Assembly (NCBI GenBank): GCA_004431415.1
Contig: QPMI01000491.1
Span: 70,590-134,589 of the forward strand
Direction: 5' to 3'
DNA from: Cyanophora paradoxa CCMP329
Lineage: Eukaryota > Plantae > Glaucophyta
Length of the DNA stretch: 64,000 bases
The position numbers and the translations under genes were made by a program. This document shows positions 39,094 through 50,700 of this stretch, in pieces. The notes under the pieces were generated by a model, which was not told where the DNA came from, did not search any database, and was given only the letters and a program-made list of their open reading frames with translations. Each line of letters starts with the position of its first letter. Within the stretch, counting starts at the first letter, position 1.

Positions 39094-40213
39094 GCGGCCC
39101 CGCTCACCGGCGCCCCGCGCCGCGGCAGGCAAGCTCTCCAAGCGGCAGATCGCGAAGGGCCTCAGCATCCTCCGGCAGATCCGGATCCTGGAGCTGGGCG
39201 AGGGCGGCCCGGCCCTCCTCGAGGGGCTCTCCAGCCTCTTCTACACCGCCGTGCCCCACGGCTTCGGTGACCGCGGGCGGGCGGGGCGTGGCCCTCCCCG
39301 TCCCCCCTCCTCACCGGGCGCCAGGCTCCGAGAGGCCGCCGGTGGTGACCGAGCTCCGCGACCGGTGGCCGGGATCGCGTCCCCGGGACTTCGTTCTCGA
39401 CCGCGAGTGCGCGTACATCGCCGTCCTGGTACCCGTCCCATCCCGGCCCCTGCCGGCCCCGCCCCCGCCCCCGCCGGCGCCGCCTGATCGCGGCCGGCGC
39501 CCCGCCGCGCCCCGCAGGTGTTCGTTGCGCTTGCGCTCCGCGCGGCCGGCTCCATCGACGACGCGCAGTGCCTCCAGAAGCTCGTGCGCGCGTACCCCTC
39601 CCTCCCTCTCCCCCCGCGACCCCCTCGGAGCGGCGCCGGCCCGCGGCCGGCCGCAGGGCGAGGCGGTGGACGGTCTGCGGGGGGCGATCCCGGACTACGC
39701 GGAGACGCGCGCGGAGCGGGTCTCGTGCATGGCCGGTCTTCTCCTCATATCCGCGTGGAACTTCGGTCGGCTCGCGGGGCATGCGCGTACCCCACGCGCC
39801 CCTGCGGCTGACATCGTATCCCTCCTCCCTCCCTCCCCCCTCCTCCCCCCCTTCGCGCAGGCATCGTGCCGGGCAATGAGCCGCCTCCCAACAGGCTCGG
39901 GCCCTTCGCTGCCGCCCTCCGCAAGCAGTCCGCCCGGGCCCGGGCCCTCGCCCCTCTACCTCTAGATCTCGTCTTGCGGCGGCGGCCGCCTGCGGCTGAC
40001 ACGACGGATCGCAGGGAGGGCCACGTCGTCCTCCCGGCGGTGGCCGACGTTGTCGATCGCATCTTCGCGGTGCCCGGCCCCGGCCCGCCTCCCGCTCGCA
40101 GGAGACGAGGGTTCGGCCGCCGGGCTCACGCGCGGCGCTGGCAGCCGCTGCAGGAGGAGGCGTGGAGGCTCGACGAGGCGCCGAGGAGGAGGAAGAGCCT
40201 GCCCCTGGACTAG
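37554..40213 (+). CDS. WGR-domain + PARP regulatory (helical) domain protein lacking the PARP catalytic domain; probable plastid transit peptide
   Basis: N-terminus MAFLCPLGVPATFRRDARALSSSS...RRRFFG. WGR: YAVFLNITDISHEKQGHNKFYVMQLL...VYTRWGRNG...AKKLFKEKFKEKTGN. PARP_reg: PVGKLSKRQIAKGLSILRQI...LEGLSSLFYTAVPHGFG.ERPPVV. The remaining exons splice in frame to TAG at 40211-40213 with no catalytic HG(S/T) or G.YF motifs. Confidence 0.8.
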
Positions 40214-40689
40214 GCCGGCGGGGCCTCTTGGAGCGCGAGGCGCGCGCGGGAGGCTTCAGCTCCTTTGCGGCCGGCAGCCGGCGCTCCGAAGCTCTGCAGC
40301 CGAGTCGACCGGCCGGGCGGGACGCGGCGCACGAGCTCGAGGCTCGAGCTCGTGCAACTTGGCAACTGGGCTCATGATCAGCTCGCTATATTGCGCCCGA
40401 TGCTTGATGGCGTGCTGCCAAGCCTGTACCCCACCCCTCGCGGTCGGTCTGCCTTCCCCCCCTTGCCGCAAGAACTGTTACCCGGCCTCCGCGTATTTTG
40501 TATTATTTTAGAATTAGCTCCCCCCGGCCAGTCCCCCGGCCGCGGCCCCGCATAAATAGCCACTCCCGGCTCGTCCAGGCGGCGGTCCCTCTTTCAGTCG
40601 AAGTCGCGGGCCTGCAGGCTGCAGCCGACGATGTGCATGGGAGCCTGCCTCGGGATTGAAAGAAAGGGGCCTAGCCTGCGCGCGCCACC

Positions 40690-42155
40690 CTAGAACTGGA
40701 GCTGGTCGGCGCCCGGCCCGTCCCACGGGTCGCCCGCTGCAGCGTGGGAGACGTCGGCGGGGGGCGCCGCGTTCGCGTCCTTCTCGACCTGCCCGCGCCG
40801 CTCAGATCTAGAGGGCTCAGAGAGGGGGGTACAGGGGCGCGCGCACCTCGTGGGCCTCGAGGTCGACGCTGTTCTCGCGCCCGAAGATCGTCATCGTCGC
40901 CGTGATCGTCTTGCGGTCCTCCGAGATCCCCGTCACCACGCCGCTGAAGCCCTGCATCGGTCCCGACGTCGCCACGATCGCGTCCCCGACCTGTACCCAG
41001 GTCAGCGGGGGAGGGGGGGGGGGGGGGGGGGGGGGGGGGAAGGGGGCGGACCTTGACGTGCATGGGCTGGTAGTCCTCCTCGGTGACGGTCGCGCTGAGC
41101 TTCATGATGCGCTCGACGTCCGCCAGGCTCAGCGGCGCCGGCAGGTTCACCGGCTTCTTCCCCCGCCGCCGCGCGTTCGTCACCTTGCGCGCCTGCCCCA
41201 CGAAGTTGATCACGTTGGGCAGCGAGATCAGCTCCGACGCCGTCTTGTACTCCTCGTCCATCACCATCTGCAGCAGCACGTAGCCTGCGCTCGCGCGCGT
41301 GCACGCCCCGTCAGCTGCAGGCGGCGGACCGCGGGCGGCGGAGCGCACTCGGGAAGAGCTTCTGCTGCATGGTGCGCTGGCGGCCGCCGGTGTCCGAGCG
41401 GATGTACGTGCTCTTCGGGATCAGGACCTTGAAGATCTGGTCCCGCTTGTTCTTCTTCACGATGTAGTGCTCGATCGACGCCTTGACGTGCTGCAGGGGC
41501 GCCGAGGGCGCGCGTTAGGCGGATCCCCAGGCGCGAAAAAGGAAGAGCAAAGGACTGGAAGCGGGGGGGAGGCCCGGGGACGCACGTTCTCGCGGTTCGT
41601 GGCGGTCTGGAGCATGTACCACCGCGCCTTGTCGAGGTTCTTGCGGATCCGCTCGATCAGCGCCTCGTCATCGACGCCGCTCGCTGCAGCAAGAAGATCC
41701 GGGTCCTCCTCGTACACGTCATCGCCCTCCTCCTCGAGTCGCTGCGCCGCGTACGCGTCGTGCTCTTTCAGCAGCTCCTCCTCCGTCATGAGCTCGATCT
41801 CCAGGTCATCCTCGTCTATGTCAACGCCAACGACTGGCGCGTTCGTCGGATTCTCGTCCTCCTCCTCTAGATCGGCGAACTCCTTTTCGATCTCGTCGTC
41901 CTCGGGCATTGCTTTGCCCCGACCCCGCGCTAGGGCATGTACGGGCTCCGCTGCCTCACGTGCTTGCCTCCGAGGACGCTGCTGCTGTGCAGAGAAGGCG
42001 CGCAGCGAAGCGCCGAAAAATCTTGACCTACTGCTGGCCGGCATGCTAGCTGGGCGGGCCTGCGGGGTCCCAAAGGCGCTACATAGCTGTGCGGCAGCTG
42101 AAACCGGCGCCTCCGCCGCGCGGGGAGCCGCGGGCACGCCGGACGCGAACGCCAT
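40690..42155 (-). CDS. nusG: Nucleus-encoded, plastid-targeted transcription factor NusG (NGN + KOW)
   Basis: Presequence MAFASG...SRSRFFGASLRAF. NGN: ARWYMLQTATNRENHVK...KVLIP...KLFPGYVLLQMVMD...LPNVINFVG. KOW: VKVGDAIVATSGPMQGFSGVV...TMTIFGRENSVDL. Confidence 0.9.
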
Positions 42156-42208
42156 AGTCGAGGGGGGGAGAAGTGACAGGGGGGGACAAAGCGGAGGTCG
42201 CGGCAGCT

Positions 42209-44409
42209 ATGGAGCAGCTCGACTACCGGAACAAGGCGATACTGGCGCCGATGGTCCGCGTGGGGTGCGTGCATCGCCCCGCGCGCTGCGCGGCTGCCGG
42301 CCGCGACCCGAGCCGGCGCTGCAGGACGCTGCCGATGCGGCTTCTGTCCCTGGAGTACGGAGCAGACATAGTGTGTGCGTGCTCTCAGTCCCCGTTGGGC
42401 GCCCCGTAGCTAAGGCCTGGACCTGAGCGGCGCGACCGGGCCTCGTATGATGCCCGCGGGCCGCACGCGCCGCTGGCGCCGCGCTCCGCGTAGCAACGAC
42501 CTAGGATAGCCGCGCATGCGCCTCCCTCTCTGCGCCGCGGGGCGGGCCGGGCGCGGCGCTGTGGGCTAGCTCGGGCTGGCCCCTATCCGAGCGCCGCGTC
42601 TGACGCAGCGGCGCCGCGCAGACTCCGAGGAGACGATCGATAAGAAGCTCATCGGCTGCGACCGCATCGTGAACGGTGCGCTCCGCGCCGCGCGCCGCCT
42701 GCGTGGATCGCCGATGGGCGCCCGCTCCCCGCGCGCAGAGGCGCTGAACACGGTGGACTACATACACGCGCGCATGGGGAACCACGTCGTATTCCGCACC
42801 TGTTCGCCTTCCCGGCTTCCCGGCCGCCCTCCTCCCTGAGCCCCGCGCAGCGCCGAAGGAGCGCGGCCGCGTCGTCCTGCAGCTCGGCACGGCGGACGCG
42901 GCGCTGGCTTTGAAGGCCGCCCAGGTCGTGTGCGCTCCTTTCCCGTACCCCTCGCCCCGCCCCGCCCCGCCCGGCGCTCACGCCGCGCCGCCCGCGCGCA
43001 GCGAGAAGGACGTCGCTGCGATTGGCGCGCCCGACCGCCCCTCTCGCCTCCGTCCTCTGCGCCTTTTTGACGCTCTACCCCCCAGACATCAACATGGGCT
43101 GCCCTAAGAAGTTCTCCGTCGTGGGGGGTATGGGCTCCGCCCTCCTGTCCCAGCCCGAGACCGTCCGCGACGTGCGTCTTGTACCCCTCCGAATCCCCTT
43201 CTCGGTTCGGTTCGGTTTCGCCTCGGCCGATTTCGGTCCCCCGCCCGCAGATCGTCACGACGCTGCGGCGAAATCTCAGCGTTCCTGTAACCTGCAAGAT
43301 CCGCTTGAAGGCGCGCCGCCTCCCATACCCCCCCTGCCCCACGCCCCGCCTCATCCCGCCCCCCCCCTCCCCCCCCCTCTTCCCTCCAGGATCGCCTCGC
43401 GGACACGATCGACCTCGCGAAGCTAATCGAGGGCGCCGGCGCCGCTGTACCCCCCTCCCCTGCCTCCGTCGCGTACCCCCCTCGCCGCCCGACGCCCCCG
43501 GCAGGCGCTTGCGGTGCACGCGAGGAGGATCCCCGAGCGGCCGCGGGACCCGCCCCACCTCGACGAGCTCGCCGCCGTCTGCTCCGCCCTCTCCGTACCC
43601 GTCATCGCCAACGGCGCGCGCTGCACCCGTACCCCCCCGTCCCCCCGCCGCCCGGCGGGCGCGGCTGACGGGGCCCGGGGGCGCCGTGCAGGGGACATCT
43701 GGAGCCTGGCGGACGCGCGGCGGGTGCGGGAGCAGACGGGGGCGGCGGCGGCGATGTTCGCGCGGGCGGCGCAGGAGAACCCGTCGTGCTTCCGGGCCGA
43801 GGGGCCCCTCCCCGGCCTCGACGTCGTCGTCGCCTACGTCAAGAAGGCCGTCGAGTGCGAGTGCGCCGCCCCGTACCCCCGCCGGCTTCTTCCCCCCCCC
43901 CCCCCCCCCCCCCGCGGGCTTCCTCCCCCCTCCTAACTTCTCCCCGGGGCAGCGCGTACTTCCAGAACACCAAGTACGTGCTCATGCCGATGCTGAGGGC
44001 GGCGTCGAAGGGGACCACGCCCCTGGCCGAGGAGGCGAGCGGGCCGCCCTCCCGCCCCCGCGCCCGCGCCGTCGATCCTTCCGTTCTGACGTTCCCCCGC
44101 AGATCTCGCACGCGCGGTCGCTCTCGGATGTCTGCCGGGCCTTCGACCTGGAGGGGTACAGGGAGGAGTTCCAGCGGCGGCTCGCGGCGGGGCGGCCCCT
44201 CCTCGAGGAGCAGGGCGCGCCCCCGTCCCCCCCGATCAGATTCTAGTCGCCGAGTCACTCGCGATCGGTTGCTGAGCCGCGCCCGGCCCGCAGACGACAC
44301 GTGCGGGGAGGTGGCGGCTGCGAAGCGGGCGCGGGTGGAGGGCGCCGAGTCGCCCGCGGCCCCGGCGGGCGCGAGGCGGCCCTCCGACAGCGCCGAGGGC
44401 GGCGGCTAG
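42209..44409 (+). CDS. DUS2: tRNA-dihydrouridine(20) synthase, Dus2/Smm1 family
   Basis: [42 protein letters not shown]...VVLQLGTADA...IDINMGCPKKFSVVGGMGSALL...PVTCKIRL...ALAVHAR...PVIANGD...MFARAA. Confidence 0.93.
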
Positions 44410-44657
44410 CGAGCCAGCGTGACCGCGTTAGGGTTATCTAGCTAGTCCACAGAAGTTTGGCAGATAGGAACCCCTATGAGACTTCCTCTCGATATCGATG
44501 GCGAAGAGCGCGCGTCCAAGGGGCCAACCTGGGCGAGCGCCGACGGGAGTACTTGTGCGCTGCAGCGGGCGGGGCTTGGGCTATCGATATCATAGTTTTT
44601 GAAGGCTACGGACACACACTACGGAGAAGTACATGTACAGGGGCGCGCGGGGCCTGC

Positions 44658-44723
44658 AGCGGCGTTCCGCGGGGCGGGTTCCCTTGGAGGGTATTCCCCG
44701 CCTCGCATCAAGTGTCGCTCGCT
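44658..44723 (-). promoter_or_regulatory. Type II SECIS element in the SELENOK 3'UTR (UUGA core variant)
   Basis: Minus-strand RNA: AGCGAGCG acac UUGAU GCGAGGCGGG gAAUa CCCU cca AGGG aa CCCGCCCCGC GGAA CGCCGCU. This gives helix I, a UGAN/NGAN core, a 10-bp helix II with one mismatch, an apical AA and a helix III. Confidence 0.8.
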
Positions 44724-44866
44724 CGCGGAGCGTAGCGAGCGAAGCTGCGGTGGCCCGCGGTGGGCGGCTAGCGCCGCCCTCGGCCCCGGGGCTCGAGGAT
44801 GGCGCGTGCGGAGTGGCGGGCTTGAAGCCCGCACTCAGACGCTCGCGCCGGATCGAGTCCCGGGGC

Positions 44867-45417
44867 TTACCGGGCTCATCCGCCCCCCTGCAGGGCGGTG
44901 TGAGGGCCTGGGGCGCGCACTCGCGCGCGGGAGAGACAGAGGGCAGCGCGAACCATTCCCGGCGGGCAGTTCTGTGCGGCGCCGAGCCCCTTCATCGTTC
45001 CTAGCCTCATTCCTGGCCTCCCGTTACCGCCGCCGCCACCGCCACCACCACCGCCGCCGCCGCCGCTCTTTCGCCTTGAGGTCGGCGCGCGGATCAGGAC
45101 GGCCGCGCACGGGGGTAAGGAAGACTGGAAGGATGTAAGTCTATCGTTCGCATCCCCTCGCACGGCCTAGCTAGTGCTCCAGCGATGCGCGGCGAGTGAT
45201 GACGTAGCAGGGCGCACCGCAGCGCGTCGGGGTCGACGCTGGGGTTGATGAAGGTGGAAACGAGCAGCTGCCTGCAAGAGCGGGTGAGAGACGCGAGCGG
45301 CGCTGCGCAGGGCGGGGCTGACAGGAACGCGACGAAGGCCCAGAACCAGCCGATGAGGATGCCCACACCGAACGGGCGCTTCCGTTTCAGGTCGCCAGAA
45401 CCACTTATGTAGGCCAT
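44867..45417 (-). CDS. SELENOK: Selenoprotein K (SelK/SelG family), 96 aa, Sec encoded by UGA at 44876-44878
   Basis: Exons 45417-45323, 45271-45218, 45074-44954 and 44887-44867 (all GT-AG) give MAYISGSGDLKRKRPFGVGILIGWFWAFVAFLQLLVSTFINPSVDPDALRRKS(G)nNGRPGMRLGTMKGLGAAQNCPPGMGGG-U-AR-TAA. This matches the SelK layout: M.YIS, TM helix with FW, Gly/Pro-rich tail, GGU two residues before the stop. Confidence 0.9.
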
Positions 45418-45780
45418 GGCGGGCCCGGATGAGCACGGCTAGGCCAGCCACGCCTCGATCCTCCCCCCCCCCCCCCCCCTCGTTCGCCTGTGTACGCGGC
45501 ACGGTCCTCGTATCCAGCGGCTCGTGTAAAGGTGCGCTGCTCGCGCTACATTCTCCAACGCCCTGCATTGCAATTTCAATTGCTAACGTATACATTCCAA
45601 GAGGTGCACCGTGTCTGGCCGCGAGAGCTTGGTTAACGCGTTGATCTAGATGTGAAAGAATTCGACGTCGAAGGAAGGCGAGGTGTGAAGTCACCGCCTT
45701 GACGTATGCTGTTGGGAATATCGTTTCTCACGTTCATTCCGCGTGCTTGCCAGCTGCAGGCCGCAGACCCGTTCGTGAGC

Positions 45781-46358
45781 ATGGCAGTCGTACCCGAAGA
45801 AGTCGCCGCGGCTCTTCAAGGGCAGCCCGTGCCGCCCGAAGTGCATGACGGCGATGAGTACGGAGACTCTTTCGTTTGGGTCGAGTTCAATGCCGACGCT
45901 GTCTCCGCGAGGCGCAACACTGCCGGCTTCCCTCACGTGATTCCGCCGGACCCCAAGCAGGCGCTCGCCAGCGCCTTTGCTCAAAACGGCGGTCGGCCTT
46001 TCCTGTATCCGGACGGAACGACTTCGACGGCCGCATTCAGATTTAACACAGAACAAGATGCCGAGGTGTGCAGTTGCAGGATCCTACGTGTGGCACTGCA
46101 CACAGGCATTCAGGCCGCTGCAGAATGCCCTTGCGCGGATTTATGAAGACCAGACACTCAGCTGGGCCCGAAAGGCAGCTGGAGTTCCCGACGTCGCAAG
46201 AGTCATTGAGTTTTCAGCAGGTTCTTATCCTACTAAAGCCTGATGCAATTGCAGTTGATCCTGTCATGCTGATGCTTTCTTGTTTCCGCTGTGCAGTTCG
46301 TAATGGAGAGCCCAAGGCTATCACCAAATTCGTGCCGTTCAACCTTCTGCCCGCCTGA
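45781..46358 (+). CDS. Hypothetical protein, about 150 aa, 3 exons
   Basis: MAVVPEEVAAALQ...FRFNTEQDAE|AFRPLQNALARIYEDQ...VIEFSA|VRNGEPKAITKFVPFNLLPA* joins in frame through GT-AG introns. No family recognised. Confidence 0.5.
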
Positions 46359-47724
46359 GTACTAGTAATAGATCACGGGTGAAGACCAGATCCTGTGCTT
46401 CTCGGACATCGATATCCCCTCCCATGGCCACACGCGTTTATTCGGTAGGGAGCAGTAGTACAACATCCCTCCCTACCTTCTTTAATTTGTTTGCCATTTA
46501 TGAATTCTCGAAGCACAGAGTCGTGCATTTTCGTCACACGCGTAGGGCGGGGCGCCCCCCCCCCCCCCCCCCCCCCCCCCTCGTGGATCCGGATGAGCCA
46601 GTGGAGGACCGGAGGGCGTTGCAAATTGACGAGCGTCGCCGCCGCCCCGCGCTCCTCGAGCTCGCCGGCCTCGGCGGCCGACGGCTCGCCGGCCTCCCGC
46701 TCGCACGCAAATGAAAGAGCCGGACGTCGACGGCGCCGGCACCGGAGGCCGCCTAGAGGTGCACGTGCAGCCAGCGCGCGGGCGGTTGCCCCGCCGCCGG
46801 GAGGAGGATCAGGTATCGCGCGCCCGCCACGCCGCCGCCGCCGCGGCCGCCGCCCGCACGCGCTCCGCCCCGAAGACCGCGCGCCGCCAGGTGCGCCCCG
46901 AGCCGCGCGGCGGCGGCGGCGGACGGCGGGGCGGGGCCGGCGGGGGCCGGGCCCGGCGGGCGGGCCGGGGCGAGGGCGGGGCGAGGCCAGGGGGCGGCGC
47001 GGGGCGGGAGGCCTAGGGCGGCGAGCGCTAGCGGGCCTAGGCCTAGGGCGGGGCGCCGGCGGCGGTGGGCGAGGGAGACAAGCCTAAGCTTAAGCCGCGC
47101 GACGTCTGCCGCGTCGCAGAGGGCCGCCGCGGGCCCCTCCGCCGCCGCGCCGCCCCGCGCGATCGCGCCACGGCGCCGGCCGCGCGCGCCGGCGCCGCCT
47201 CGAGCTCCCGCACGTGCACCGTGAGCGTCGCCCGCGCGCGCCCGCTCTGCGAGCCGCCGCGTCGCCCGCCGCCGGGCGCCCCGGCGTGCGCCGCGGCGGC
47301 GCGCGCCCTTGCCGCATGCGCAGGCGCGCGGGCGGCCGCGGCCGCGGGCTTCGATTCGAATTCGTCGACGCTTGCGCATGCATGAGCTCAAGCTCAGCGG
47401 CTAGCGCTGCTATATATAGCTGGTTATAGCGTCGCCGGCGTCGTGCCCGCGGCGCCGGCGTCGTGCACGGTGGCCGCGGAAGGCTCCACCGGGTCCACCC
47501 CCCCTCCCGGGTACAGTCATCGAGCGGACGTTCCACGGGCCTGGGCCGCCGTGCCGGTGAGTCTTCGGTTACTGTGCTCGGAAGAAAGCGCGGCTCGGTG
47601 CGGTGCAACTCGCACAGTCGGCACGGCACTTTGACCTTTCGACCCGAAGCCCACACGGCGCGTCCTGATGCTAGCGCCAGGTCACGATCCTTGTAGCGGA
47701 TGTGGTGAGGTGCGAAGCAGGACG

Positions 47725-50700
47725 ATGGACAGGTCTGTTCTGCTGCACTTGACGGCGTGCTTGACGCCGCCGGGGATCCCTCTGATTCTGACGCATGCCC
47801 TTGTACTTGAATCCGACAGCGGCGCGGATACATTGTCCCCGCTGCCCGACTTCTCTTTCGAGGCGGTCGGCAACAGCATTTCTCGCGCGACATCAGCGCC
47901 GCCCAATCTCGGTCAGCCATTGCAGATTTGTTTGCTATGCGAGCGCTGACTGTTATTTCACGGCGCAGAGCTCAGCGGGAAGAGCCTGTTCGCTTTTCGC
48001 CCCGGCTTCGGCCCTGCAGAGTCCGGCTTGACAGGCAGCGCCCTTCAGGGCGATATCCGCTGCGACAGCGACTATGAAGCTTTCTACAATTCTTTCAAGA
48101 ACCAGCGGAAGCTGCCGCATCCGATTGAAACCCTGCCCCCGCTCCTCGAGAACCTTGTCATGGATACGTCCGCCAACCCGCAAGCGGCAGCCATCCACCA
48201 GTTTCTAGCGATGCAGCAGCATCATCATCACCAGCAGGCGAATCCTGCGGGCATTCCACAGGACGTGTGGAACGAGGCGCTAGCGGCGCAGATGGAAATC
48301 CTGAGGCGACCGTCCCCCCTTCAGGCAGAGGAGCTCGCCGCGGCCGCTGCCGCAAACGGCTTCATTCGAAGTGCCGCTGCCTCGCCGCTCGTCCGCTCCG
48401 GTCCGCCTTTCCCTTCTCTTTTTCTCTCCTCTTCTGACCGTGTAACGGGTCACGCGCAGCTTCCGCCAACCTGGTGGACCCGCAGCTGCAGGCTCGCATC
48501 CAAGTGGAAGCGTACCGGCAGGCGATACAGCGGACGGGTCTCAGCCCGCAGCTGGCGGCGCAGCTCGCGCCCGAGATGGGCCTGCCGCCGGAACTGGCGG
48601 CGCTTGCGGCCGCCGGCAAAGCTACGGATCCGATCATGCGCATGCCGACGCCCGGCGCGGACGGCTTCGTCCACCCGCAGGCGGTCCGCGGCATTCCTCC
48701 CGAACTCGCCTCGGCCGCCGCCCTCCATGCCGCCATGGAGCGCGCCAACGCCCTCTCCCCCGGCCTCCCGTCGCACCGCGCCCCCTCGCCCCAGTCCCCC
48801 GGAGCCTACTCAATCCAGGCCGCTGCGGCGGCGGCGGCCGCGGCGGCGGCCGCGGCTGCGGCGGCGGCGGGCCTTCCCCCGCAGCCGGCGGCGGCGGCAG
48901 CGTACGCGCAGGCGCAGGCGCAGGCGGTACACGCGGCGCAGGCGCATGCGGTGCACGCGGCGCAGGCGCAGGCGCAGAGCTACGGCCAGGAGGCGCTGCT
49001 GGCTGCGATGCAAGGCCTGGCGCTCAACGGCGGCCTCAACCCAAACCTCGTCGGCATAAACCCGCTGGCCCCGAGCCCCCTCGCCGACGACTCGAGCGTC
49101 TGCCGCTTCTACCAGCAGGCGAGCTGGCCGTCCCGCCCCGCCACCCCCGCCGCTCGCCGCCTGCTGCCGGCCTGACCGCCCGATTCCGCGCGCAGGGCTT
49201 CTGCCAGCGCGGCGACTCGTGCAACCTGCTGCACATCGACGACCCGTACGCTCTCAAGCGCGCCATCCAGAAGGTCAGCCGCTCGGCCGCCCCCGCCGCG
49301 CGGGCGCGCGCATGTGGCCGACGCGCGCGCGGCGCAGGCGCGGGAGACGACGGGCCGGCCGATGGAGGGCTCGCGGGACGCGGGGCGGGGCCAGCCGCAG
49401 GGGCGCCACAGCGGCTCGCGCCGCGGCAGCCGCGACTTCGAGGGCTCCGTCCTCGCCGCCGCCGCCACCGCCGCGTCCTCCGGCAAGGTGCCCCCGGCCC
49501 GCCCGCCGCCCGCCCGCACGGCGCGCGCCGAGCCGAGCCGAGCGTCCTCGCGCCGCGCAGGAGGGCCTCGGGGAGGGGTCGGGGGAGCGGGGCCGGCCGC
49601 GGGAGGCCGGGGCGGAGGGGGGCTCGTCGTCGCGCTCGAACAGCCCGTCGCACGCGAACAAGTACACGAGCTTCGACCAGGTGGTCGGCAAGGTCTGCGC
49701 CCTGGCTCGGGACCAGCACGGCTGCCGCTTCCTCCAGAAGAAGCTGGAGGAGCGCAACGAGGTCTACGTCGACGCCGTCTTCAGCGAGGTCGTCGCCGAC
49801 GGCTCCCAGCAGCTCGTCGAGCTGATGGTCGACCCCTTCGGCAACTACCTCTGCCAGAAGCTCATGGAGTTCTGCACGGAGGAGCAGAAGACGCGCATCA
49901 TCGAGGCGTCGAGCGGCGAGCTGGTCAACATCTCGCTGAACATGCACGGGACGCGGGCCGTCCAGAAGCTCATCGAGTCGCTCAACACGCCGCAGCAGGT
50001 CCAGCTCGTCGTCCGCAGCCTCCGGCCGGGCGTCGTCGCCCTCTCGAAGGACCTCAACGGCAACCACGTCATCCAGCAGTGCCTGCGGCGCCTGAGCCCC
50101 GCCCAGAAGCAGTTCGTCTACGACGGCGTCCGCGGCCACTGCGTCTCCATCGCCACGCACCGCCACGGCTGCTGCGTCCTCCAGCGCTGCATCGACTGCG
50201 CCAACCAGCCGCAGCAGATGCAGGCGAGCGCGCGCCCTCCCTCACGCACCCCGCCCGCGCCCGGCTGAGCCGCGCCGCGCGCTCGCAGCTGGTGCAGGAG
50301 ATCATCCAGAACGCGGGGACGCTGGTGCAGGACCCGTTCGGGAACTACGTGGTGCAGTACGTGCTGGACCTCGGGATCCCCGCGTGGAACCGCGAGGTCA
50401 TCTACAAGCTCAAGGGGAGCTACGGCGAGCTCGCCCAGCAGAAGTTCTCCTCCAACGTCGTCGAGAAGTGCCTGCAGCTGGCCGACGGCGAGATGCGCTC
50501 GCACATCATCCAGGAGCTCGCGGACCCGGAGCGCATGGCCCGCCTCATCCAGGCCCGCCCCGCCCCGCCCCGCCCGCCCCGCCCCGCCCCGCCCCGCCCT
50601 CGCTGAGGCGCGCGTTCGCGCGCGCGCAGGACCCGTACGCGAACTACGTGATCCAGCGGGCGCTCAACGTGGCGCAGGGGCCCCAGCTCGCCCTCATCGT

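Noticed and set aside
44427-44437. TTAGGGTTA telomere-like word
   Set aside because: Only 1.5 units, expected by chance.
44863-44878. UGA as the true SelK stop, with a GTAAGC donor just after it
   Set aside because: The GG-U-x-R-stop pattern and the downstream SECIS fit recoding better. It cannot be formally excluded without transcripts.
46480-47400. Possible gene between the hypothetical protein and the PUF gene
   Set aside because: No consistent spliced frame or recognisable domain was found on either strand.
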